Assembly (NCBI GenBank): GCA_019057815.1
Contig: JAHLWR010000009.1
Coordinates: forward strand, 1-64,000
Direction of reading: 5' to 3'
DNA: 64,000 bases
Source: Candidatus Heimdallarchaeota archaeon
GTDB taxonomy: Archaea; Asgardarchaeota; Heimdallarchaeia; Heimdallarchaeales; Heimdallarchaeaceae
The position numbers and the translations under genes were made by a program. This document shows, piece after piece, positions 20,511 through 29,872 of this stretch. Under the pieces are notes generated by a model. The model saw nothing but the letters and a program-made list of their open reading frames with translations. It was not told where the DNA came from and ran no database searches. Numbering within the stretch: the stretch's first letter is position 1; each line of letters starts with the position of its first letter.

Positions 20511-21110
20511 GTGAATAAGGTGGAAATTAATAAAAGAGGATACAATAAGATTGCATCTAAATATAATGAGGAAAGAAGTATCTACAACAATTCTAAAGAA
20601 TTAGAGTATTTTCTTCAACTTCTTCCTTGTAATGCGAAAGTATTAGATGTAGGTTGTGGAGCTGGAGTTCCTGTTGCTCAATTTCTAGTAGCAAATGGAT
20701 GCAATGTTATAGGCATTGACATTTCTGCTAATATGTTGGAACTCGCCAAAAAACAAGTACCTGAAGCTAAATTCATAGAACAAGACATGATCCAACCAAT
20801 CTTTCCAAATGAATCATTCGATGGAATTATTTCTCTTTATGCCATCTTCCATGTTGCTAAAGAAGAACATCTGTCACTTTTCCAGAATTTCTATAGAATC
20901 TTAAAAAAACGTGGAATTTTGCACTTTTGCCTCAGTACATCTGCGAATGAAGGTACTGATTTCATGTATGATGCAGAACTATTTTGGAGTAATTATTCGC
21001 CTGAAAAATCGATTTCATTGGTTAAACAAGCGGGATTTAAAATACTCTCTGATGAAATCCTAAATAGAGGAAATGAAGAACAAAATTGGGTATTTGCGCA
21101 GAAGAAATGA
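20511..21110 (+). CDS. Class I SAM-dependent methyltransferase
   Basis: VLDVGCGAG, GIDIS, FDGIISLYAIFH. Confidence 0.93.
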   Translation: MNKVEINKRGYNKIASKYNEERSIYNNSKELEYFLQLLPCNAKVLDVGCGAGVPVAQFLVANGCNVIGIDISANMLELAKKQVPEAKFIEQDMIQPIFPNESFDGIISLYAIFHVAKEEHLSLFQNFYRILKKRGILHFCLSTSANEGTDFMYDAELFWSNYSPEKSISLVKQAGFKILSDEILNRGNEEQNWVFAQKK

Positions 21111-21126
21111 TAAATGTTTCAAATAA

Positions 21127-22959
21127 TTAATTCTGAGGTATACTAATTATAAATGAAGTTGTCTTTTCTGTTGTTTCTAATCTAAGTTCCCAACCATGAG
21201 CTTCTACATATTTTTTAGCTATTATGAGTCCAATACCTGATCTTTTCTTCGTTGAGTATCCACGTTTGAATATTTTTTCAAGGTTTTCTTCTGGAATCAC
21301 ATCACCATCATTAATTATTAAAATTTCTAACTTCTCTTCAAAAATTCGCTTTTTTATTTCAATCTTTTTTGGATTTGCGTGAATCACTGCATTATCTAGA
21401 AGATTTTTGAGAGCTCGTGAAAGCTTATCAGGATCACAAATCACTTCTGATAGTTTTTCAAGATTGCAAACGATTGAATCTGGAATACTCAATTTTACTA
21501 TCTTCGCAAATAGTTCATTTAAATCTATTTTTTCTTTCTTTTCGATTTGATGTTCCATTTGAATGAAATCAAAAGAACTAGTAGTAAACTCTCTGAGGAA
21601 CTCTATTTGATTTAGAATTTTCTTTATATATGATTTATCATAATCTTCGTCAAGAATATTCGCATAACCTTCTATAATAGAAAGGCTATTTGTTATGTCA
21701 TGAGCCAAGAAACTTGAAAAATCCTTTAGTTCTTCTTTTTGATTCTTCAGTTCACTTTCTATTTCTTTATATCTTGAAACATCAACAAAAGTAATGAAAA
21801 CCTGTGTAATTTCGCCATTATTTATAAATGGAACCATTTTGTATTCCAAATAACTAGCTTTTCCCCATTTCGACGTGTAAAACACTTCAGAAGTAACTTC
21901 TTGCTTTTTAGTTATGCATTGCTTTAGATGAGATGAAAAACTAACTTTTATTAAAAGAGGAAATGTTAATAGATTAATTTTTTTTGTTTCTTCTTTTGAA
22001 GGTGAACCGAGAAAACCAAGTGCATATTTATTAATATTATCAATGTTCCCGTCTAAATCACATGTCAGAATCCCAACAGGGCTTTCTTCGAATAGTGTTC
22101 TGAATCTCTTTTCACTTTCCAACAATTCCTTTTCATGTTGCTTTTGCTGTGAAATATCAACCATTATACCTCTCAAACCGATAGGTTGATTTTCATGAAT
22201 AATAACATTGGAGAAAATTAGAGAAGGGAAAGTAGATCCGTCTTTTCTCATAGCAAGAATTTCCAATGGAGGTGCATATCTTTCATCTATCAATTTTTGA
22301 AAAGTTTTCACTACTCTATCGTGGTATTCGGGAGAAACAATTTGTAGGGCGTTTATTCCTTGATTTATTTCATCAAGATCATAACCAAACTCTTTAAGAA
22401 AGAAATTATTCACGAAGGTTATATTCATTTCTTTGTCAAGCTCAAAAACAGTCTCTGGTAGCAATTCTGCAAATTCTCTAAATCTTCTTTCACTTATTAT
22501 CAAATCTTCTCCTACTCTTTTGTGGTCAACTACTTTTTGAATAATATGATAGAGTTCTCTGAATTGACTTTCAGGTTCTCCCTCTTTCTTAATATAATAG
22601 TCTGCTCCTAGATTTAGAGCCCTTATCGCAACCTCTTCCCTCCCTCGCCCTGTGAATATAATAAAAGGGATTTCCGATTTTTGAGTTTTTAATTTACTGA
22701 GAAGTTCAAGTCCATCCATTCTTGGCATTTGGTAATCACAAACAATAACATCGATATTATTAGCATCTACTACATCTAGAACTTGTTCAGAATCAGATAT
22801 ATTACTAATATCTACCTTTCCTTCACTAATTTGTTCTAGAAACTTCTTTGTCAGAAATAGAAAATCCTTATCGTCATCTATATGTAAAATTCTAAGGGTT
22901 TCGCTTTGTGATTTGATATTATTATCTTCTTTTGCAGAATTCAGATTTTTTTGGTCCAT
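21127..22959 (-). CDS. Hybrid signal transduction protein: receiver-PAS-PAS-histidine kinase
   Basis: LHIDDD...CDYQMP...FTGRG receiver, two PAS, LAHDITN H-box, NLLDNA, NDG, GIGL. Confidence 0.93.
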   Translation of the reverse strand: MDQKNLNSAKEDNNIKSQSETLRILHIDDDKDFLFLTKKFLEQISEGKVDISNISDSEQVLDVVDANNIDVIVCDYQMPRMDGLELLSKLKTQKSEIPFIIFTGRGREEVAIRALNLGADYYIKKEGEPESQFRELYHIIQKVVDHKRVGEDLIISERRFREFAELLPETVFELDKEMNITFVNNFFLKEFGYDLDEINQGINALQIVSPEYHDRVVKTFQKLIDERYAPPLEILAMRKDGSTFPSLIFSNVIIHENQPIGLRGIMVDISQQKQHEKELLESEKRFRTLFEESPVGILTCDLDGNIDNINKYALGFLGSPSKEETKKINLLTFPLLIKVSFSSHLKQCITKKQEVTSEVFYTSKWGKASYLEYKMVPFINNGEITQVFITFVDVSRYKEIESELKNQKEELKDFSSFLAHDITNSLSIIEGYANILDEDYDKSYIKKILNQIEFLREFTTSSFDFIQMEHQIEKKEKIDLNELFAKIVKLSIPDSIVCNLEKLSEVICDPDKLSRALKNLLDNAVIHANPKKIEIKKRIFEEKLEILIINDGDVIPEENLEKIFKRGYSTKKRSGIGLIIAKKYVEAHGWELRLETTEKTTSFIISIPQN

Positions 22960-23192
22960 AATTGAACAACATTTATTTTATTAATGAATTGTATCTATTT
23001 ACCCTTAATAAATGATTTGAGAAAAAACCAATAGACATATCGAATTAATAATAACTAATTTTGATTACTACCTATCTACGAATGCTTAATTTAGAAAGAT
23101 TAAATATTTGAGTAAGGATTAAAACTGCTATACTAGAATCCCTTCCTGTGTATATCACTGATTGCTGAATTTTTTTTCTATTACTTTGTTCT

Positions 23193-24149
23193 TTATGTAG
23201 GAGTAGTTCTTACAAGATAAGGGTCATAAATTGTTACAAATTCTAATTTTTCTACTTCCAGAAAATCGTTTGCGATCAAATCTCTAATTGCTGAAATATA
23301 AAATGGTAGTGAAAGCATTTGTGATAGACTCTTTAATATCTCCTCATACACTTCCAAAAGCGTCATTTTTTCATTATTTTCACACAATCTAAGAATAGAA
23401 TTGTAAATTCGGTGGTTGTTTACAGGTTTATTTGGGAATATTGATTTCCATTGTATTCCTTGAAGATCTTCTTGTGAAAATTTCGATATTGTAAGACTTG
23501 TTGTTAAATGCAAAAGTAAGTCAAGTTCCAATGTCTCTCTTTCTATCGGTTCATAACTTAGCCAATAGTCTAGATATGTTGGAATATATTTATAGATATT
23601 TTCATCCAAAAATTCTAACGACTCTAGGTATTTACTAAGAATTTCTAACCATTTCTTTGTTACAGTTTTTTCTAGTTCTTCACAATATAAAGCTTCAATT
23701 TCAATAAATTCCATTGGAGAATTTACTGTTATTATTATTCCTTCTTCCTTTAAACCTATTACACACACACAATTTCTTAGAGAGTCTTTAATTTTTATTT
23801 TCCTAAGATTAAAAGCTCCAAAATCACTAGTCGGTTCTATTTTTTTAACTTTCAATTCGGTTTTTTTCGGAGTAGGGATTGAGAAAATATCCTTTTTTGG
23901 TTCTTTCTCTTCTTTTCTTTCTCTTGGAGAATCTAAGACTACTTGAGATCTTACAGAATATGAAACATCAACACAAAGAACATTAGCTACTAATTTCTTG
24001 TCTTTACAAGTATGAACATCAATATATTCTACATATCCTTGTATATCCACTTTCTCTTTTTTTAGTGCAGGAGGGATTAACATAAGGCGTATTTTATGGC
24101 ATTTATTGCATTGATATTCAATTTTTGACCTTGAATCTGAAGGAATCAA
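23193..24149 (-). CDS. Hypothetical protein with N-terminal putative Zn site
   Basis: CNKC...DVHTC; 318-aa ORF. Confidence 0.75.
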   Translation of the reverse strand: MIPSDSRSKIEYQCNKCHKIRLMLIPPALKKEKVDIQGYVEYIDVHTCKDKKLVANVLCVDVSYSVRSQVVLDSPRERKEEKEPKKDIFSIPTPKKTELKVKKIEPTSDFGAFNLRKIKIKDSLRNCVCVIGLKEEGIIITVNSPMEFIEIEALYCEELEKTVTKKWLEILSKYLESLEFLDENIYKYIPTYLDYWLSYEPIERETLELDLLLHLTTSLTISKFSQEDLQGIQWKSIFPNKPVNNHRIYNSILRLCENNEKMTLLEVYEEILKSLSQMLSLPFYISAIRDLIANDFLEVEKLEFVTIYDPYLVRTTPT

Positions 24150-24270
24150 AATTAAACCTCTTATGTTCTCCTAATAAACAAACCAACTTGTGATTTATTT
24201 ACTTTTTTGAAGCGTCAATTATACTTAACCTTATTCTAAGAGAATATTATAAATGAAAAAAAATCTTTAT

Positions 24271-25938
24271 TTATTCTTCTTCCTTTTCAGCTTGCTCTTC
24301 TTCTTTCTTTTCAGCCTTAAGAACATTATATATTCCCCCCAGTTCTTTGAGTCTCTTCTTAACATCAAAATCTTCGTAATTCATGACCTTCTCAGCTCTT
24401 TGTTTCGCCATATGAGTTTCAAGTTTATCTAATTTGTCAAAATAAGAGCGTTTTCTTTCCACACGTTCATCTCTTTTCTTTTGTTCGAAAGAGAGTGTTT
24501 TAAAGTCTAATCTGGATTTGATGAATTCTTTTAAAGTCATTTTAGTTTGATCAAGTTTTATATTAATTAGAACATATACTGCTACAAGTTCCATTAAAAT
24601 CGTGCAAATAGCAATAATCAGCTTAAAAACTAAAGGACTCATATCAGTTATAGCTCTGTCTGCTCCCCAAGCAATTCCATATGAAATTAAAGCAAAAACA
24701 GAAGGAAGTAAGATAAACATGAAGGCTAAGTCTATCAGTAAATTAGTGAATTTAAACCCTCTCTCTAAAAAGAAAAGTAGAATATAATTTGTAATTAAAA
24801 ACGCAGAAATTAGTCCTATTCCAATATAACCGTAGATTTTAAGAGTTATATTATCTGATAACACTGAGACAATTATGAATGCTATTAATGAAGTATATAG
24901 CAATACTTGTTGAATGATTTTTTCTGAAGTAAATTTTTTCCTTTCGGCTTTTTCAGAGTACATTTTTCCAACGCTAATAACTGGTATATCTTTAATTTGT
25001 GGCAGTGGCGCTGGTTTTGCAGCTTCTTTAAATTCTCCTACTTTGACAGCTTCTGCTATTGCTTTTTCTTTTATGGTTTTTTCAACTTTATATTTCTCTT
25101 CTAAAACAGCTGCTGTAGGAACTTCAGCTTCCTCTTGTTTTTCTTTCAATCTATCTAAAAAAGAAACTGAAGATTGTCTTTCTTTCCATTTCTGTTCAGC
25201 TACATCTTTACGATATCTAACAACCCAAGAATCAGCTAGTGTAAAGGGTTGAAGATTTTGTTTTATAATAAAACTTCGGATTATCAAGGTATCAGTTATT
25301 AACTTTATACCTACAAGGAGTAACAAAAATGTGTTTCCAATTCCATTGAAATAAAATAGTGTATCTACAAAATTTACATCTTGTGCTAATCCCGCAATAT
25401 TTGCTAAAACAGACATAACTATAGCATAAAAAGCATACAAATAATAAATAATACTACCTACTTTTATTTCCCACAATTTTTTGATTTTGAGTAGTGCTTT
25501 GTTTAATTTATAAAAACCAATAACTCTTCCAAAAGCTGTTGCAATTAGAGCAATAGGAGCTATTAAAGGCCATCCTAGAGTGAAGAAATTGACAATAGTA
25601 ATGATTGTGAATATAAGAAGCCATTTTTTAGCTTGTTTACCAACAACTATGATATGATCTTCACCATAATCAGCGGTAATTTTACCAATACCGAAAGCTA
25701 TAGGAATCAAACTCACAGTCAATATTAAATACAATAAATATCCAATGTAAGCCCCAGATCTTGACCAAAATACCATATATTCATCATAGAAAATAAGCAC
25801 TCCTACGATCATGAAAAACAAACTTCCTGCTATAAGTAATAAAGAAGAAACGTTAACAGGTTTTTGAAAGAATTCCTTCTTGCTTCTTGACTCTGAATCT
25901 GATGTTTGCACTTCTGCAGGAACTATATTTTCACTCAT
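24271..25938 (-). CDS. Hypothetical multi-pass membrane protein with charged cytoplasmic regions
   Basis: Two TM clusters separated by a charged linker; likely start ATG 25938 (ORF extends to 25995). Confidence 0.8.
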   Translation of the reverse strand: MSENIVPAEVQTSDSESRSKKEFFQKPVNVSSLLLIAGSLFFMIVGVLIFYDEYMVFWSRSGAYIGYLLYLILTVSLIPIAFGIGKITADYGEDHIIVVGKQAKKWLLIFTIITIVNFFTLGWPLIAPIALIATAFGRVIGFYKLNKALLKIKKLWEIKVGSIIYYLYAFYAIVMSVLANIAGLAQDVNFVDTLFYFNGIGNTFLLLLVGIKLITDTLIIRSFIIKQNLQPFTLADSWVVRYRKDVAEQKWKERQSSVSFLDRLKEKQEEAEVPTAAVLEEKYKVEKTIKEKAIAEAVKVGEFKEAAKPAPLPQIKDIPVISVGKMYSEKAERKKFTSEKIIQQVLLYTSLIAFIIVSVLSDNITLKIYGYIGIGLISAFLITNYILLFFLERGFKFTNLLIDLAFMFILLPSVFALISYGIAWGADRAITDMSPLVFKLIIAICTILMELVAVYVLINIKLDQTKMTLKEFIKSRLDFKTLSFEQKKRDERVERKRSYFDKLDKLETHMAKQRAEKVMNYEDFDVKKRLKELGGIYNVLKAEKKEEEQAEKEEE

Positions 25939-26061
25939 CAAAAAGGAATTACTTGATACTCTTATAAACCTAGTTAAACAAGAAAAACTAAACATATGAA
26001 CTTGTAGATTTAAGTCAATATGATGTTCTTACACCAAAAGATATTTAATATCATGAAAGTC

Positions 26062-26097
26062 TACAAGTACAATCTTGTATACAAGTACAATCTTGTA
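26062..26097. promoter_or_regulatory. Two tandem 18-bp palindromic operator-like sites (TACAAG-N6-CTTGTA) upstream of the ECF operon
   Basis: TACAAGTACAATCTTGTA repeated exactly twice, just downstream of an AT-rich TATA-like box (~26042-26050). Confidence 0.6.
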
Positions 26098-26107
26098 TAC
26101 ATTCGAA

Positions 26108-26935
26108 GTGGTGGTTAAAATTTCAGAAGAATTCTCTTTGAGAGAGCATATAGCTCGAGATGTTTTATCGATTAGAGGAGTAAGTCTAATGGCTACTTTT
26201 GTAGGATTGGTTTTCTTATCTACTTCCTTATTTTATATCGCGATTGCGTCTTCAACAGGTTTCTTCAATTTGGGTGAAGTATTCATCTTTCTTGCAGCAT
26301 TTATCGGAGGTCCCATAACTGGAGCTGTTGCTGGAGGCGTAGGAGCATCTTTAGCTGATTTAGCTCTAGGTTATGGCATTTTCGCACCTGCAACTTTAGT
26401 ACTTAAAGCAGCAGAAGGATTTGTGGCTGGATATTTATTCTTTCTAGCTAAGAAGGTGAGAAAATCTATTAAATTCACCTTTTTATCTTTAATTACTACT
26501 TTTCTACTAGGTTTTTCAGTTTACTTTGTTCATCTTTCATTTGATTTTGGAGTCGATTTTTATGGAGCTAAATCATTCGAATTTTCAATTCCTGGTTTTG
26601 TACTTCTATTGATCGCCATGGTTCTAAGTAGTCTACTTTGGATTGCTGCCTTAATTTTTGAGGAAAAGGGAGACATGGCTATTTCATGCGTAATAGCTGG
26701 AAGTATCATTGTAGTAGGTTATTTCTTGTATGAAATCTCTATAATAGATATTCCTATTGCTGGTGCTATAATTGAGATTCCTTTCAATATCGCTCAAGTA
26801 TTATTCGGGTTGGCAACAGCTATACCAATAGTCATGTATCTTCGTGATTTGGGCATAATAAAGCAAGAAAAGGGTATAGAGAAAGATAGTTCAGTGAAAT
26901 CTTCAGAAGAACTCGAAAAATCTGATAAAAAATAA
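26108..26935 (+). CDS. ECF transporter S component
   Basis: GFFNLGEVFIFLAAFIGGP..GAVAGGVGASLADL..GY...APATLVLKAAEG; likely GTG start near 26108. Confidence 0.88.
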   Translation: MVVKISEEFSLREHIARDVLSIRGVSLMATFVGLVFLSTSLFYIAIASSTGFFNLGEVFIFLAAFIGGPITGAVAGGVGASLADLALGYGIFAPATLVLKAAEGFVAGYLFFLAKKVRKSIKFTFLSLITTFLLGFSVYFVHLSFDFGVDFYGAKSFEFSIPGFVLLLIAMVLSSLLWIAALIFEEKGDMAISCVIAGSIIVVGYFLYEISIIDIPIAGAIIEIPFNIAQVLFGLATAIPIVMYLRDLGIIKQEKGIEKDSSVKSSEELEKSDKK

Positions 26936-26961
26936 TCTATCTCCCTACTAAAGGTGAAACA

Positions 26962-28581
26962 ATGCTCAATATAACCAATCTTAGTGTGATTTATCAGGGA
27001 GAACATGAAAAAGCATTAGATGGTGTAAGCTTCAGTTGTAAAAAAGGTGAGCTAGTCGTTATTGCTGGTCCTAGTGGTTGTGGGAAAAGTACTATAGCTA
27101 AAGCGATACTTGGTTTGATTCCTGCATTTATAGAAGCTACAATCAATGGTAAGATAGAGATAAATTGTGATAACATAGCAGAAATAACTAGAAAGCACCT
27201 TATCGAACTAGTTGGGTATGTTCCCCAATATCCACATGATTTTACAACTTCCCTTTTAGTTGAAGAAGAAATAGTCTTCCCTTTAGAAAATATGCAAGTA
27301 GAACCTAACGAGATTCATGAACGATTAGATATGGTTCTTTCTCAACTCGATATTGCTCATTTAAAGAATAGGTTGGTAACTGAATTAAGTTCTGGCGAAT
27401 TACAACGCGTTTCTTTAGCAACAGCTCTTGCTTATTCTCCTCCTTTGTTAATTCTTGATGAACCCATGGCAAGAATTGATTCTCAAAGTGAAACGAAAAT
27501 AGCTCAAATATTAAAAGAGTTAGCTAAAAAAGGTCATACTGTTTTAGCATTTGAACACCATCTAGATTACCTTCTACCTTTAGCTGATAGATTGATAATT
27601 GTAGAACATGGAACAATAGTAGCAGATAGTAATCCTAGATCTTTAGTTTCTAGATTATCGAATATTGATGCTCCTGATGTTTCAATGATTAATTTCAAAA
27701 ATGGACACGATTCTGTTTTATCGATTCAAGAAGCTCTTGAACTTTTAAAAAACACTGAGTTAAAAAAACTCCCACACATTCCTAAGATTAATGATATTTC
27801 AAAGAAAGATGTTATTGTAAATGATGTGGAATTCTTTTATCAAAAGAAAAGAAAGATCCTTAAGAATATCTCTCTGGATATTTCAAAAGGAAAAAATCTT
27901 GGGATAATTGGGTCAAATGGAGTAGGAAAATCTACTTTTCTGAAATTGCTTGCTGGAGTCATAAAAGCAAAAGCAGGAGAAATTTGCTATTTTAATAAAC
28001 GTGTACGGGGATTAAGACAAACAAAGAAAGAAGTCATTTACATTCCAGAAAATGCTAGGTTATTCTTATTGGGTCCAACACCTAGGAAAGACCTTAGAAG
28101 AATAATTGCCAGTGATCATGAAGTAGAAGATATTTTTGATAAGTATGGGATAAAAAGGTTGTTAGATAAGAAAATATACCATCTTAGTGAAGGGGAGAGA
28201 AGATTAATATCTTTGGTAATAACCTTTCAATTTCCTGCTAGAATCATACTATTAGACGAGCCTACTATAGGTCTAGATAAATCAGGAAGAGAGTTGTTAT
28301 TTTCTCTAATTAATCATGCAAAAGAACAGGAAAAAATCATAATTACAGCTACTAATGATGCAAGAATATTTTCACTTTTTGATGAACTTGTGATTTTAGA
28401 TAGAAGCAGAGTTAAAACAATAGGTCACCCAAGAGACGTACTCTATGGATTAGAAGAAGAGACAGAGATAGCACCCAATCAGATAGTACGATTAATTAGT
28501 CAAATTGAGCAGGAACAGAGAAGAATATATCCACATTTTATCAGTGTTAAAGAACTTAATAATTCTATTGAGGGGGGCTAA
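26962..28581 (+). CDS. ecfA: ECF transporter fused double ATPase (EcfA-A')
   Basis: Two ABC domains: GPSGCGKS/LSSGE/LDEP and GSNGVGKS/LSEGE/LDEP. Confidence 0.9.
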   Translation: MLNITNLSVIYQGEHEKALDGVSFSCKKGELVVIAGPSGCGKSTIAKAILGLIPAFIEATINGKIEINCDNIAEITRKHLIELVGYVPQYPHDFTTSLLVEEEIVFPLENMQVEPNEIHERLDMVLSQLDIAHLKNRLVTELSSGELQRVSLATALAYSPPLLILDEPMARIDSQSETKIAQILKELAKKGHTVLAFEHHLDYLLPLADRLIIVEHGTIVADSNPRSLVSRLSNIDAPDVSMINFKNGHDSVLSIQEALELLKNTELKKLPHIPKINDISKKDVIVNDVEFFYQKKRKILKNISLDISKGKNLGIIGSNGVGKSTFLKLLAGVIKAKAGEICYFNKRVRGLRQTKKEVIYIPENARLFLLGPTPRKDLRRIIASDHEVEDIFDKYGIKRLLDKKIYHLSEGERRLISLVITFQFPARIILLDEPTIGLDKSGRELLFSLINHAKEQEKIIITATNDARIFSLFDELVILDRSRVKTIGHPRDVLYGLEEETEIAPNQIVRLISQIEQEQRRIYPHFISVKELNNSIEGG

Positions 28582-28584
28582 AAA

Positions 28585-29310
28585 ATGTCATTCATGATAA
28601 GAAGAGTATATGAAGGTCTATTATTCAAACCTGATAATCTAACAGTTCATCCGTTAATAGGACTAATTATTGTGTTTGTGCAATTTGGTTTCCTAATCCC
28701 AAATAATAAATGGTTGTTAATGTTACTTCTAATATTCATAATCGTTGAAACTGTAATATATGGAAACATTAAAGGTGGTTTGAGCCTACTTTGGGCAATA
28801 TTTCCTTTGATAATCTTCCTAGGAGGTATAACTTATTGGTTCGGAGGTCCAGCTCAAACATATAAGGTTCTGATGAGGTTAATTATTGGTGCTTTAGGAT
28901 TCTCACTTTTTTTTGCTATTACAAACCCTTCTGATTTATTTAGAGCATTGGAAAAAATACGTTTTCCCTCAAAAATTGCAATTATTCCTTCTTTAGCTTT
29001 AACTATGGCACCCAGAATAGCTAAAGATGCTGAAGAAACATATAATACTCTTGTTTTAAGAGGAGAAATTAGAGGTTTTTTTCTGAGATGGTTACCAAGA
29101 ATGCTAGCCATCTTTGTAGCCTCTTTGTTATATCGATCAGAATTCTTAGCTCATTCGCTCTATTATAGAGGTTTTTCAATACAAAAAAGGACACATTACA
29201 AACAACAGAAATTCTCAAAGACTGATTGTTTAAGAGTTGCAACATGGGTAGTATTTATTGTTTTTTTCATTTTAATAGTTCAATTTGGATGGTTACAAAA
29301 TCTTAAGTGA
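28585..29310 (+). CDS. ecfT: ECF transporter T component (CbiQ family)
   Basis: TM helices, TNPSDL..ALEK, LRG and YRGF coupling motifs. Confidence 0.88.
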   Translation: MSFMIRRVYEGLLFKPDNLTVHPLIGLIIVFVQFGFLIPNNKWLLMLLLIFIIVETVIYGNIKGGLSLLWAIFPLIIFLGGITYWFGGPAQTYKVLMRLIIGALGFSLFFAITNPSDLFRALEKIRFPSKIAIIPSLALTMAPRIAKDAEETYNTLVLRGEIRGFFLRWLPRMLAIFVASLLYRSEFLAHSLYYRGFSIQKRTHYKQQKFSKTDCLRVATWVVFIVFFILIVQFGWLQNLK

Positions 29311-29381
29311 AATTATGCGGTCAAAATGCATGTAATACATAGAAGTGACATATTTTTATATTTCATTTTCGTTAAGGAGCA

Positions 29382-29561
29382 ATGATGAATAAAGAAGAGG
29401 ATAAGAAAATGAAATTAATCACTGTTAGAATTCCTCAAGTATATATTGATAAACTAGATGAAATGGCCTTAAATAGAACCCATCGTCCAGGACGTTTAAC
29501 AAGACAGCTTATAGAGGACTATTTAAGGAAAGAAGAAGAAACATCGATGAAAAAGGAATAA
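29382..29561 (+). CDS. Ribbon-helix-helix (CopG-like) DNA-binding protein, 59 aa, absent from ORF track
   Basis: MMNKEEDKKMKLITVRIPQVYIDKLDEMALNRTHRPGRLTRQLIEDYLRKEEETSMKKE; AAGGAG SD. Confidence 0.75.
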   Translation: MMNKEEDKKMKLITVRIPQVYIDKLDEMALNRTHRPGRLTRQLIEDYLRKEEETSMKKE

Positions 29562-29564
29562 GTG

Positions 29565-29696
29565 TTACTTGCATTTAACCCATTTGAGATCAAGATGTTT
29601 GAAGTTGTCTAATTGAACATCTCTTAAATTATCCTTGATCACTTTTGCTTCTTTTTCTTTCCGAACTAACTCTTCTTTACCAATAACTCTCTTCAT
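29565..29696 (-). CDS. Small hypothetical protein (43 aa) or gene remnant
   Basis: MKRVIGKEELVRKEKEAKVIKDNLRDVQLDNFKHLDLKWVKCK with GTGA upstream; converges on RHH gene with a 3-bp gap. Confidence 0.4.
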   Translation of the reverse strand: MKRVIGKEELVRKEKEAKVIKDNLRDVQLDNFKHLDLKWVKCK

Positions 29697-29872
29697 ACTT
29701 ATCACTAATTCCATTTTTCTAATTATTGGGTTAAGAAAAAAAGAAGGTAGTAGACTTTAGGTTTGGATCAATTATATATTTATTATCTGATGTTCAAAGG
29801 ATGTAAAAAAAAGGAAGTTGAAGGTTTTGTTCTTGTTATTACTTATTTTCTATGTTGTTTCTGACCGCTTCT

